A DNA stretch of 38,063 bases from Desulfofustis sp. (GTDB lineage Bacteria; Desulfobacterota; Desulfobulbia; Desulfobulbales; Desulfocapsaceae), in contig JAZBPM010000068.1 in assembly GCA_036351615.1 (NCBI GenBank), positions 1-38,063 on the forward strand. Reading direction: 5' to 3'. Shown piece by piece: positions 18,794 through 28,226 of the stretch. The translations under genes were made by a program, and so were the position numbers. Below the pieces are notes generated by a model. That model did not search any database. It saw only the letters and a list, made by a program, of their open reading frames with translations, and was not told the origin of the DNA. Position 1 is the first letter of the stretch. Every line of letters starts with the position of its first letter.

Positions 18794-19900
18794 TCACTGG
18801 TTTTTTTGGTTGAACACGTCCAGAAACTGATCCGAGAACATACTGTGTTTCGGCGTATAATCAACAATATTTCTGGTGAAAAAATCAACGACTGTTCCAT
18901 CGAATTGGGAGCCGGAACAACGCTGCAACTCGTCAATGGCGCCCTGCATGGTCAGGTTCCGTCGATAATTGCGGCGGGATGTCATGGCATCATAACTGTC
19001 TACGACAATGATGATTTTGGTCAAATCATCTAGCTGTTCCCCGACCAGTCCGTCGGGATAGCCCGTTCCATCCATGCGTTCATGGTGGTGCCTGATAATG
19101 AACTGCTCACGCTCCATGAAACCGAGCGGTTTGATGATATTTGCTCCGACCGCCGGATGCTTTTTTATCAGCGCCCATTCATCCTCGTTCAGTTTTCCCG
19201 GTTTTTGGATACAGGAAAGGTCAATCACCAGTTTGCCGATATCATGGAACTGGGCTGCTCGGCGCAAAACGACCAGTTCATGTCCGTCAAGCCCCATGGC
19301 GACCCCGAGCATCATGGCGTATTCGGTAACCCGCATGGTGTGGCCGACGGTATAGTAATCTTTTTCCTCCATCGCGTTCTGAAGACTGGTCATCAACTGA
19401 ACCGTGGCATTTTCCAAGCTGTTGCTGTACGACCGAAGCAGCTTGTTCTGTGCTTCCAGTTGCCGCGCTTTTTGCTGAACATCATCTTCAAGAGCCGCTT
19501 TATAGTGACGCTCCCGCAACACGAACATTCTCTTTTCGATCGCCCGTCTGATCTTGACGTTGAAAATGTCGAGATCTTCTATGGGTTTCGTCAGAAAATC
19601 ATAGGCTCCGAGATTGATCGCCTTAATCGCGTAATCCATCGAACCGGCCCCGGTCAGAAAGAGTACCGGTATATCATGACCCTTCCCGTTGAGCGCGGTA
19701 ATCGTCTGAAAACCGTCCATGTCAGGCATGTTGATATCAAGGATGACGACATCGAAGGAATCGTCGACAAGTTGAACAGCGGCCGTTCCCCCGTCTGCGG
19801 AAACAACCTGATGCCCGAACATTTCCAGGATCTTCGACACGGTGCTGCGTACCATGGCATCGTCGTCGGCAATCAGTATTTTCGTCTGCCGTTCGGTCAC
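18794..19900 (-). CDS. REC-HD-GYP response regulator (putative cyclic di-GMP phosphodiesterase)
   Basis: Receiver (IADDD, LDINMP, FLTKP) plus HDIGK and HHERMDGTGYP. Confidence 0.9.
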   Translation of the reverse strand: MTERQTKILIADDDAMVRSTVSKILEMFGHQVVSADGGTAAVQLVDDSFDVVILDINMPDMDGFQTITALNGKGHDIPVLFLTGAGSMDYAIKAINLGAYDFLTKPIEDLDIFNVKIRRAIEKRMFVLRERHYKAALEDDVQQKARQLEAQNKLLRSYSNSLENATVQLMTSLQNAMEEKDYYTVGHTMRVTEYAMMLGVAMGLDGHELVVLRRAAQFHDIGKLVIDLSCIQKPGKLNEDEWALIKKHPAVGANIIKPLGFMEREQFIIRHHHERMDGTGYPDGLVGEQLDDLTKIIIVVDSYDAMTSRRNYRRNLTMQGAIDELQRCSGSQFDGTVVDFFTRNIVDYTPKHSMFSDQFLDVFNQKNQ

Positions 19901-20098
19901 ACTCGCCCACCTCCATTTTTCAATCGGCCAACCACGAACACTGTACCGAAGATACGTGCCTTTTCTGGCAATAAAACAACAATGGCTGCGCCCACATCAT
20001 GCTATCATAAAAACCACATGACTGGAAGTCACAACAAACAATGGAGATCGGCGTCGTGGTGCCGCCAGAACTGATCAACCGGGAGAAACTGGTTTTCA

Positions 20099-20138
20099 TA
20101 AAAAAAGGCTGTATTTCCCAAAAGGAAAATACAGCCTT
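20099..20138 (-). terminator. rho-independent terminator after the yeeE-like gene
   Basis: Stem AAGGCTGTATTT (20105-16) / AAATACAGCCTT (20127-38), followed by a U-tract on the minus strand. Confidence 0.8.
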
Positions 20139-20169
20139 CTCGGCAGACAGGAGTGATATTACGCCAGGG

Positions 20170-21414
20170 TCACATCGGTACGATCAGCTTGTTCGTCTCC
20201 TCGTTCCAGGTTACGACCAAATACCAGATCAACAGGAAAGCGGCAATCAGCAGCAGTGTCGGGCCGTGCCCCATGACATCGGGAAGATACACATATTTGC
20301 CGAGCATACCGTCCCGCTCCCAATCATGATCTCGCAGCCAGGCGGTCAAGATTGATGTCGACAGCGCAAAAAAGGGTACAACGATCATCAACTTGACCTG
20401 CCCTTCCCCGACCCGCCACAGCGTGCCGGAACCGCATCCGCCGGCAAACATCGCGCCGACACCGAAGATAAAACCCCCGACAACGGCGCCCCATCCGAAT
20501 GTTCCGCGAACATAATGCATGGGGTTGAGAACTGCGTAACCATCCGCTCTGAGAGGAAGGGCATACTTGAGAACGGCTGCGCCGATAGCGACGACCATAA
20601 TCGACAGCATCACCGATTTGGCCATGGTGCAGTCTCCGGTCATATGGGGTTCACGAAACCCTTGCACCATGCACCAGCGCCCACGCTGCATAGTGTACAC
20701 GAGTGCCGCCGCTATCAAGATAACTCCGCCGAGCATGGCAATGTAATCGCTGTCTTCATTAGCCGAATAGCCAAATGCCTTGTAGACCAGGTAGATGATG
20801 GCGCCGATTCCCAATAGAGAGATAATCGCTTTGGGGAATTCAATGGTGCGAGCGCCGCCGTCCCCCCAACTGATATGTTCCATTTCCAGATAGATGAGCT
20901 TCAATCCAAGAACGACGCCGAAAACGAGGCCCACCATCATCGCAAACCCGTTGGCGGCAAGATTGCCGATGGCATTATAGAAGCCACCGACATTACATCC
21001 TCCGGCGAGCGAAGCGCCGATACCCATCAGGATGCCGGCGATTACCGCCTTGACCATTTCCCGATACGGTGGGATACGCAAGGCGAATTCTTTACCGAGA
21101 CAGGCGGAAACAAAAGCGCCGAGGACAAAACCAATACCGATCACGGAGCCTGAATCGACAAGGATCGACCGAGGCGCATCGTAGTAGTAATAGAAAACAC
21201 CTGCCTCCGTGTTAAACAGGGAGGCAAGTCCATACATCATCCAGTCCCCCCAGTTCCTCAGGGCCCCGACAGCCCCCCAGGGACGCCACCAGGCCATAAT
21301 CAAAACAGAAAAGAAACCAACTAAAATACCGGTAATCGTAGGATTCCATTCTGACTGACAGAAAGCCTTGTACAGGCCTTTCAGCTTCGTCATGACAACG
21401 CTCTGCTCACTCAT
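20170..21414 (-). CDS. YeeE/YedE-family sulfur-compound (thiosulfate-type) transporter, half-swapped
   Basis: Polytopic membrane protein with GASLAGGCNVG, MQRGRWC and FAGGCGSGTLWRVGEG. ATG 21414 follows AGGAGG. Confidence 0.88.
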   Translation of the reverse strand: MSEQSVVMTKLKGLYKAFCQSEWNPTITGILVGFFSVLIMAWWRPWGAVGALRNWGDWMMYGLASLFNTEAGVFYYYYDAPRSILVDSGSVIGIGFVLGAFVSACLGKEFALRIPPYREMVKAVIAGILMGIGASLAGGCNVGGFYNAIGNLAANGFAMMVGLVFGVVLGLKLIYLEMEHISWGDGGARTIEFPKAIISLLGIGAIIYLVYKAFGYSANEDSDYIAMLGGVILIAAALVYTMQRGRWCMVQGFREPHMTGDCTMAKSVMLSIMVVAIGAAVLKYALPLRADGYAVLNPMHYVRGTFGWGAVVGGFIFGVGAMFAGGCGSGTLWRVGEGQVKLMIVVPFFALSTSILTAWLRDHDWERDGMLGKYVYLPDVMGHGPTLLLIAAFLLIWYLVVTWNEETNKLIVPM

Positions 21415-21462
21415 ACCCACCTCCTGAAAACACAGTTAATGTAAAGACAATCAACGCTGAAA

Positions 21463-21491
21463 TGTTTACCTTTGCCGTGACGTTTTGTCAA
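21463..21491 (-). promoter_or_regulatory. sigma70 promoter of the yeeE-like gene
   Basis: Minus strand TTGACA-N17-TAAACA, about 50 bp upstream of the start. Confidence 0.6.
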
Positions 21492-21692
21492 TAACGCGAA
21501 AGCTTGGCAGTACTTTGTTTTTCCGTTGATTTTTCGTCTCTCTTTTGCTTTGATAAAACTATTTATTGGTATTTTCCGATACCAGGAACACCCGGTTCAG
21601 CAAGAAGTTAAGGCTTGTTTTCCAGTCCCGGTCATTCGCAGGACAGGATAAAGAGGACCATCAGAAGATGAATCATTATCAGGAGGTTTGCC

Positions 21693-21950
21693 ATGAGTGA
21701 TGTTAAACAGGTTGCTGCTGACGTAACAGCCGATTCCGTTCTCGATGCGAAAGGCTTGAGTTGTCCTATGCCACTGCTTCGCACAAAAAAAGAAATAGGT
21801 AAATTGAAAAGTGGTCAGGTTTTGCAGGTCGATGGTACCGATCCGGGTTCTCGAAACGATATTCCCGGCTGGTGCGACCGAGCCGGGCATGAGTATTTGG
21901 GTGAAAAAGAAGGAGCCGGTTTTTTTAGTTTTTTTATCAAGAAAGGGTAG
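21693..21950 (+). CDS. tusA: sulfur carrier TusA family protein
   Basis: LDAKGLSCPMP, TDPGSRNDIPGWC; AGGAGG RBS. Confidence 0.92.
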   Translation: MSDVKQVAADVTADSVLDAKGLSCPMPLLRTKKEIGKLKSGQVLQVDGTDPGSRNDIPGWCDRAGHEYLGEKEGAGFFSFFIKKG

Positions 21951-21985
21951 TCCGACAGAGACGTTTGTTGGGCTTACCGGTCGCC

Positions 21986-22020
21986 CGGACCCCTGTTCCG
22001 TAAAGCAGGGGTCCGTTTTT
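21986..22020 (+). terminator. rho-independent terminator between tusA and the dsrE-like gene
   Basis: CGGACCCCTG-N10-CAGGGGTCCG-TTTTT (10-bp perfect stem plus U-tract). Confidence 0.75.
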
Positions 22021-22065
22021 GTTCTACATCCACAAACTGGGTAACCAGCCAACAGGAGGCTACCG

Positions 22066-22380
22066 ATGGCTAAAAGTCTAGGTATTTTCGTAACTGATCC
22101 CAACTGCCTTCAACACGTGATTGGCGTGACCAAGGCCGCCAAAGCAAAAGGTTCCAAGGTTAAGATATTTTTCACCTGGACCGCCACGCACAACTCCAAG
22201 GACAAGGCCTTTCCGGAACTGTGTGCGCTGGCAGACGATGTTTCCATTTGTGTCGATAGCTACAAGAAACAAGGCTACGACCCCGGTGACGTTCCGGAAG
22301 GACTCACCGACAAAAAAATGGCCACACAGGCGCAACATGGTATTATTATTGAAGATTATGATTGCTATCTCAGTTTCTAG
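22066..22380 (+). CDS. DsrE/TusD-like sulfurtransferase subunit
   Basis: LGIFVT...AAKAKGSKVKIFFT...VSICVDS (Cys at the DsrE active-site position)...DCYLSF; AGGAGG RBS. Confidence 0.75.
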   Translation: MAKSLGIFVTDPNCLQHVIGVTKAAKAKGSKVKIFFTWTATHNSKDKAFPELCALADDVSICVDSYKKQGYDPGDVPEGLTDKKMATQAQHGIIIEDYDCYLSF

Positions 22381-22388
22381 GAGGGGTC

Positions 22389-22691
22389 ATGGAATACAAG
22401 AAAGCCTTTTTTATGTATCGCAACAAAGACTATGCTGTTGACGGTATCCGTTCAGCTCTCGGTCTGGCCGTTGAGAATATGTACAGCTATGGCGTTGTCA
22501 TGGATTGCGAGATCGAAAAACTTGACGAACACAACATGGAAAGCATAGAGATGCTTCGTGATATGGAGGGTGAAGTTTATACCACGGTTCCGGCTAATCA
22601 GGAAAAAAACGGTTTTGAATTGCTCACGCTCGAGGAGGTGGGAGAAAAACTGCGAGAAATGGACATTATCATTCCTTACGGCCTGAAATAG
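22389..22691 (+). CDS. DsrF/TusC-like protein
   Basis: DGIRSALGL and a C-terminal LEEVGEKLREMDIIIPY pattern resemble the DsrF/DsrE fold. ATG 22389 follows GGAGG. Confidence 0.55.
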   Translation: MEYKKAFFMYRNKDYAVDGIRSALGLAVENMYSYGVVMDCEIEKLDEHNMESIEMLRDMEGEVYTTVPANQEKNGFELLTLEEVGEKLREMDIIIPYGLK

Positions 22692-22703
22692 CAAGGAGAC
22701 ATC

Positions 22704-22877
22704 ATGAAAATACTCAATATTTACAAATCTGAGCCGGACGAAACCGTTAAAAAACTGGTTGAAATTGTAACCCGTGATCGTGAAAGCGAATCTTTCGATC
22801 TGACGGTCGATAACCCGGATTACGACGCCTTGGTCGATAAAATTTTTGGCGCCGACCAAACCATTTGCTGGTGGTGA
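22704..22877 (+). CDS. small 57-aa DsrH/TusB-like protein
   Basis: Below the ORF-track cutoff. AAGGAG RBS; MKILNIYKSEPDETVKKLVEIVTRDRESESFDLTVDNPDYDALVDKIFGADQTICWW, then TGA TAA. The DY..LV......W ending resembles DsrH/TusB. Confidence 0.7.
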   Translation: MKILNIYKSEPDETVKKLVEIVTRDRESESFDLTVDNPDYDALVDKIFGADQTICWW

Positions 22878-22955
22878 TAAACCTTTTTTGTTCTGGGGGC
22901 GAATCGGTAGCTTCATCTATACGATTCGCCTCCTCTTATTCCTATTAATTACCTT

Positions 22956-24083
22956 TTACACCTCTCTTTTACCCTTTAACCCGTTCAGATATAGGACAAC
23001 ACAGTCGTGCATATCCGGGCGCATCCGTTGGATAGAAGAACGGTCTTCGCCTTTGATTACTCTATTTGTCAAGAGGACCACGATAAGTTGTCTTACCGGG
23101 TCTATCCAAAACGAAGTTCCGGTAAAACCGAGGTGACCAAAGCTTTCTGGCGAAAAATACTTGCCGCTGCTCGATTTTCCCGGCGTCGTCAATTGAAAAC
23201 CTCTCGACCAATCTGTTGGACCAACCCGCTCACAGGCCCGGCGAAATGTTTTTCTACTGATAGGGAGGACAGTTTTTTTTCCGCTATACAGCGCCAACAG
23301 TTCTTCTGTCAGCCGCAGTACAGCTGACGATGTTCCGAACAAACCTGCATGGCCGCAAACGCCACCCAACAAGCGGCAATTGTCATCATGAACTCTACCC
23401 GCCAGTTGTTGTCTGGTCGTCCCACAAAGACCGGTTGGTGCATAGATTTTCTCTGTGTGCCTGTGCCCAGTGCTGAAAAAAAGTTCATCCTCAAGTCCCA
23501 ACGTTCTCGCTATCGTTGTCGACCAAAAGGTATCAAGAGATTGTCCCGTTACTGTTTCGACGACAAATCCTAACAACATATATCCCAAATCACTATACTC
23601 AACGGTACCACACGAATGGAGGTCGACCGTTTCCCTTAAAATTTCACCAAGAAGCCACTCTTTCCTCCGTTTCGGCGTAACCCCGGATAAATCTTTCCAA
23701 TAGTCACGATGAGCCGGCAGCCCCGATGAATGCCTAACCAGCATTTCGATATTGACTCGCGAAAGAGATTCACTCCACCCTGTTTGAAAAACGTTTTTCA
23801 CCCTATCACTCCACTTCAATGTTCCTTTATCGATCAGGTGAAGCAGACAGAGAAGCGTTACCAGCGGTTTCGTCAGTGAAGCCAGATCAAATATCGTTCT
23901 CGCTTGATCTGAAAATTTTCCATTATTTCCATTATATTCAACAGTTATTCTGTTTAATTGATTTTTTTCACTGTTTCGGTAGCAAAGAGAAAAGCTAGCA
24001 GCCGAAAAAACATTTTGATTATAATAACTTAAAATCTTTTCACGGAGTATTTTCCGAAAAGCTTCTTTATCTTCCTTATTCAT
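22956..24083 (-). CDS. serine hydrolase, beta-lactamase/AmpC-like family
   Basis: FDLASLTK (SxxK), HSSGLP, YSDLGY, VHDDN, GHAGLF, FGHLGFTGTS, LLTNR. Confidence 0.88.
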   Translation of the reverse strand: MNKEDKEAFRKILREKILSYYNQNVFSAASFSLCYRNSEKNQLNRITVEYNGNNGKFSDQARTIFDLASLTKPLVTLLCLLHLIDKGTLKWSDRVKNVFQTGWSESLSRVNIEMLVRHSSGLPAHRDYWKDLSGVTPKRRKEWLLGEILRETVDLHSCGTVEYSDLGYMLLGFVVETVTGQSLDTFWSTTIARTLGLEDELFFSTGHRHTEKIYAPTGLCGTTRQQLAGRVHDDNCRLLGGVCGHAGLFGTSSAVLRLTEELLALYSGKKTVLPISRKTFRRACERVGPTDWSRGFQLTTPGKSSSGKYFSPESFGHLGFTGTSFWIDPVRQLIVVLLTNRVIKGEDRSSIQRMRPDMHDCVVLYLNGLKGKREV

Positions 24084-24089
24084 CTTCAA

Positions 24090-24397
24090 TAATTGATTAT
24101 TTTATTGATATTTTTCTACTTTTCCACTAGATTAAGGGCGAAGTTGGCAAGGCATTCTGATGTAAGAAAAAAATTATCTTTCCCGCTTTTCAACAAGCGA
24201 TCAACACGTCGTGTATATATCGTGTGAAAACTTGGCTGAAAGTCTTGTTTACAAGGCGCTTTGAACAAAAACCACTTTTTTTTACACTCCCCATTATCAA
24301 TAAAAAATATAATTATTACAATAATTTGTATAAATTTTAAACAGATCAACGTCCTTTGTAATAACAAAAAAAAATTATAAAAGATAAGGGAATAGAC
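24090..24397. other. candidate replication origin (AT-rich, degenerate DnaA-box-like 9-mers)
   Basis: Very AT-rich gap upstream of dnaN. TTTTCCACT 24120, TTTTCAACA 24187, TGTGAAAAC 24223, TTATCAATA 24294, TTTTAAACA 24335. No perfect TTATCCACA. Confidence 0.4.
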
Positions 24398-25528
24398 ATG
24401 AGCCTGAAATGCACCGTCCAGAAGGATGACTTCATTGAAGGATTGTCAGTGTTGCAAAACGTGACAAACAAAAGAGGTACGCTGGCTATTTTATCCAATA
24501 TTCTGATAGAGGCTACGACGAATGGCCTTGTTTTAACCGGGACGGATCTGGAAGTCGGTTTGCAGATATTTGTGCCTGCGGAAGTGGATGCCATCGGGTC
24601 TTTGACGCTGCCATCAAAAAAAATATATGAGATCGTCAGAGAATCAGGTTCATCTTCCCTGATAATAGAAGAGACGGAGAACAGTTGGGTTACTATCTTT
24701 GCCGGAAAAAGCGTTTACAATCTCGCAGGTATTCAGAGCGAGGAGTACCCCGCCTTTCCCGAGTACGATGAAGAAGGTTTTGTTCCTTTGGAAGCACCTG
24801 TTTTTCTCGATCTAATAGACAAGGTAATTTTCTCAATAGCCGGCGAGCAAGAGAATATTTATTCGCTGACTTCTGTCCTTATCGAAAAAGAAAAAATTGA
24901 CTCCGTATCATACCTTCGCATGATTTCTTCGGATGGGCATCGCCTCTCCATAATGGAGAAAGATGTTGCTGTCGACGTCGATCATCTCGGGATAGAGGAT
25001 ATTACTCTGATCCCGAAGAAGGGAATACAGGAATTGCGGAAGTTCTGCGAAAACAGAGATACCATCGATGTTTCCTTCAGCCGAAAACAACTCGTTGTCA
25101 AGGACAAGCGGGCGGTTATGGTGGTTCGTTTAAAACATGGAGAGTTCCCCCACTACCGCGCTATCGTTCAAGCAGTTCCAATGGATAATTGTATAAAAAT
25201 AAACAGACTGCTGTTCCTTGAATCCCTGAAGCGGATAAATCTTTTCACCGAAGACGTCTTTCATACCATTCAATTGCGGATAGAAGGAGAAACGATGGTG
25301 CTTTCTTCTCAAAATGCCGATATTGGCAACGCTAAAGATGAATTGAAAGTAACTTACGACGGTGATCCCCTCACCCTGGGTTTTAATTGTCGTTACTTCA
25401 TCGAGACCCTGCAGGTAATGGAATGTGAAGAGGTGGAGGCGTACATCAATTCAGAGAACAGCCCTTGTTTGATGAGATCGGCACTGGATAAAGGTTTCAC
25501 CAGCATCATCATGCCGATGCAATTATAG
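24398..25528 (+). CDS. dnaN: DNA polymerase III beta sliding clamp
   Basis: ILSNILI, GTDLEV, SDGHRL, GFNCRY, IIMPMQL. Confidence 0.95.
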   Translation: MSLKCTVQKDDFIEGLSVLQNVTNKRGTLAILSNILIEATTNGLVLTGTDLEVGLQIFVPAEVDAIGSLTLPSKKIYEIVRESGSSSLIIEETENSWVTIFAGKSVYNLAGIQSEEYPAFPEYDEEGFVPLEAPVFLDLIDKVIFSIAGEQENIYSLTSVLIEKEKIDSVSYLRMISSDGHRLSIMEKDVAVDVDHLGIEDITLIPKKGIQELRKFCENRDTIDVSFSRKQLVVKDKRAVMVVRLKHGEFPHYRAIVQAVPMDNCIKINRLLFLESLKRINLFTEDVFHTIQLRIEGETMVLSSQNADIGNAKDELKVTYDGDPLTLGFNCRYFIETLQVMECEEVEAYINSENSPCLMRSALDKGFTSIIMPMQL

Positions 25529-25566
25529 AGGAGAATTTCAGAAGATAGTATATCACTAAAAGGAAT

Positions 25567-25743
25567 GTCCGTTCAAAGCACGATGAACAACAGTGCTATG
25601 CGGCTGATTTAACAGAAAAAAAACTCCTCTTCTAACAAAAAAGGTTGATTGGTATACACATTTTTCAACGTGGCCATGCAAACGGAGCCACCAGCCGACT
25701 TCGCTGTTAAAAAAGCGCTCATTGTTCAGCCAGTCCCGTGGAC
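25567..25743. repeat. imperfect palindromic intergenic element between dnaN and gyrB
   Basis: Nested arms: GTCC/GGAC, TGAACAA (25584) / TTGTTCA (25722), TTTAACAG (25608) / CTGTTAAA (25704). Confidence 0.45.
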
Positions 25744-25805
25744 TCAAACGTATTAAACCTTTCAGTAAAAAAGATAACAGCTCGTTAAGAAAAGGGAAAA
25801 AAAGC

Positions 25806-28226
25806 GTGATAGAAGAAAAACCCAGTAGTTACGATGCCGGACAAATCAAAGTTTTGGACGGGTTGGAAGCGGTTCGTAAGAGACCTTCCATGTATATAGG
25901 CAATACCGCCGTCGAGGGGCTACACCACCTTATATGGGAAGTTGTCGATAACAGTATAGACGAGGCACTTGCCGGCTATTGTCAAAGAATTCGCGTAACC
26001 ATTCTCGAGGATAATTCAGTTAGAGTCGAAGATGATGGGCGCGGTATCCCTGTTGACATTCATCCGACCGAAAAGGTACCTGCTCTGGAATTGGTCATGA
26101 CTACATTGCATGCAGGTGGAAAATTCGATCATTCCTCCTACAAGGTATCGGGAGGCTTGCACGGAGTCGGTGTATCGGTGGTTAACGCCCTGTCTGAAGA
26201 AGCTGTTGCCGAAGTACGGCGTGATGGGAAAATTTATAGACAGTCTTATCGATACGGACAAAAAGTAAGTGAACTTGAAATCGTCGGAACAAGCGAAAAG
26301 ACAGGAACGACCATCCTTTTCAAAGCAGACCCGCAGATTTTCACTGAAACCAGGGTCTATGATTACGAAACGGTGAAAAGCCGACTTCGCGAACTTGCAT
26401 TTCTTAATAAAGACGTGCGCTTATATTTAAAAGACGAGCGGAGCGGTGAAGAAGACAAGTTTCATGCATCGGGCGGCGTCATATCCTATGTGCAGTGGCT
26501 CAACCGCAATAGAACACCGGTTTTCGGCGACCCCATTTTTCTGACCGGCGAAAAAGATATGGTTGAGGTTGAAATATCCTTTCAATATTTCGACGGCTAT
26601 TCAGAACGGCTTTTCTCCTTCGTCAACAATATCAACACTCGGGAAGGAGGAACACACGTGGCCGGCTTTCGTGCTGCCCTGACCAAGTGTATCAATAGAT
26701 ATGCCAGTGATGATATTGTCCCTAAAAACCTTAAGGAAAAGATGGGCGGCGATGATGTCCGTGAAGGGCTTACCTGTGTCATCTCAGTTCGGGTACCCAA
26801 TCCGCAGTTCGAAGGTCAAACCAAAACCAAATTAGGCAATTCTGAAGTCAAGTGGATCGTCGAATCTATCTGCAACGATAAGTTGACTATTTTTCTCGAA
26901 CAAAACCCAAGTATTGCTAAAAGAATTCTATCAAAGGTAGTAGATGCCGCTCGGGCCAGAGAGGCGGCAAAAAAGGCGCGGGATCTTTCACGGAAAAAGG
27001 GATCTACGAGTCTGCTTATGGCCGGAAAACTCGCAGAGTGTCAGGAGAAAGATCCAAAAAAACGCGAAATTTTTATTGTTGAGGGTGATTCTGCCGGCGG
27101 TTCCGCAAAACAGGGCAGAGATCGTGCTATCCAAGCGATTTTACCCCTCCGCGGCAAGATTATGAATGTCGAAAAGGCCCGGTTCGATAAAATTCTCAAT
27201 AGTGAAGAAATCAAGCAATTGATTGCAGCTCTTGGATGTGGCATCGGAAAAGATGATTTTGATCCTGAACGGCTCCGATATCACAAAATCATTATCATGA
27301 CCGACGCCGATGTAGACGGTGCACATATAAGAACTTTGCTGCTCACATTTTTTTATAGGCAAATGCTGCCATTGATCCAAGGCGGGCATGTCTATATAGG
27401 TCAGCCGCCATTATTCAGAATAGGTAAAGGCAAGAGCGAACAATACTTCCTCGATGAAGACCAACTCAATAATTACTTGTTTACTCAGGCAAGCCAGAAG
27501 GTGAGCGTTATAGTAAATAACCGGGATAAATATACCTTTACAGACGATCAATTGGTTGAAACTCTCAGGAAATTGTCTGTTTTTGAGAGAATTGTCGCTT
27601 TCCTCGAACGAATGAATATCACTGAAGCGCTTCTCGTTTATATGCTGGAGAAAGGAATTCGGAAGGCCGACCAATTTACCGAGAAAGAATTCGTTGAAGA
27701 AATTTCAGAAAATCTATCAGCTGACAAGACCATGATAGTGGGTGCAATAAGGGCTTGCCGCTGGAGAGCCGATTGTTATGAACTCGACGTGGCGCTGAAA
27801 GATAAAGCTCAGGTTACAACTACGATTGGTCCGCAAATTCCTCTGATTAACGAGTATCGTTCGGCATTGCATCTCTTTGAGTCAATCAGTGAATTACTCG
27901 ATAAAACCTTTTCCATCAGGGAAAAGGGAAAAGAAGATGGCGGAACTGAAAAACAGGCTCGAAATTGGAAAGAAATGATTGAAATCGTTCGAAATGAATC
28001 CTTTAAGGGAAGTCATTTGCAGCGATATAAGGGGCTCGGTGAGATGAACCCGAACCAGTTATGGGAAACAACAATGAATCCCAGCAACAGAAGGTTGCTT
28101 CAGGTACAGATCCAGGATGCTGAAGAGGCGGATGAAATGTTTACCACCCTAATGGGGGATAAGGTTGAACCCCGGAGAGAATTTATTCAGAATCACGCCC
28201 TGGAAGTAACGGAACTCGATATCTAA
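25806..28226 (+). CDS. gyrB: DNA gyrase subunit B
   Basis: [60 protein letters not shown]. Likely start GTG 25806. Confidence 0.97.
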   Translation: MIEEKPSSYDAGQIKVLDGLEAVRKRPSMYIGNTAVEGLHHLIWEVVDNSIDEALAGYCQRIRVTILEDNSVRVEDDGRGIPVDIHPTEKVPALELVMTTLHAGGKFDHSSYKVSGGLHGVGVSVVNALSEEAVAEVRRDGKIYRQSYRYGQKVSELEIVGTSEKTGTTILFKADPQIFTETRVYDYETVKSRLRELAFLNKDVRLYLKDERSGEEDKFHASGGVISYVQWLNRNRTPVFGDPIFLTGEKDMVEVEISFQYFDGYSERLFSFVNNINTREGGTHVAGFRAALTKCINRYASDDIVPKNLKEKMGGDDVREGLTCVISVRVPNPQFEGQTKTKLGNSEVKWIVESICNDKLTIFLEQNPSIAKRILSKVVDAARAREAAKKARDLSRKKGSTSLLMAGKLAECQEKDPKKREIFIVEGDSAGGSAKQGRDRAIQAILPLRGKIMNVEKARFDKILNSEEIKQLIAALGCGIGKDDFDPERLRYHKIIIMTDADVDGAHIRTLLLTFFYRQMLPLIQGGHVYIGQPPLFRIGKGKSEQYFLDEDQLNNYLFTQASQKVSVIVNNRDKYTFTDDQLVETLRKLSVFERIVAFLERMNITEALLVYMLEKGIRKADQFTEKEFVEEISENLSADKTMIVGAIRACRWRADCYELDVALKDKAQVTTTIGPQIPLINEYRSALHLFESISELLDKTFSIREKGKEDGGTEKQARNWKEMIEIVRNESFKGSHLQRYKGLGEMNPNQLWETTMNPSNRRLLQVQIQDAEEADEMFTTLMGDKVEPRREFIQNHALEVTELDI

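Noticed and set aside
19082-20074. 330-aa plus-strand ORF
   Set aside because: It is antisense to the REC-HD-GYP gene and has no domain signal.
22869-22880. TGA at the end of the DsrH-like ORF as selenocysteine
   Set aside because: It is immediately followed by TAA and no SECIS-like hairpin is evident, so it is a tandem stop.
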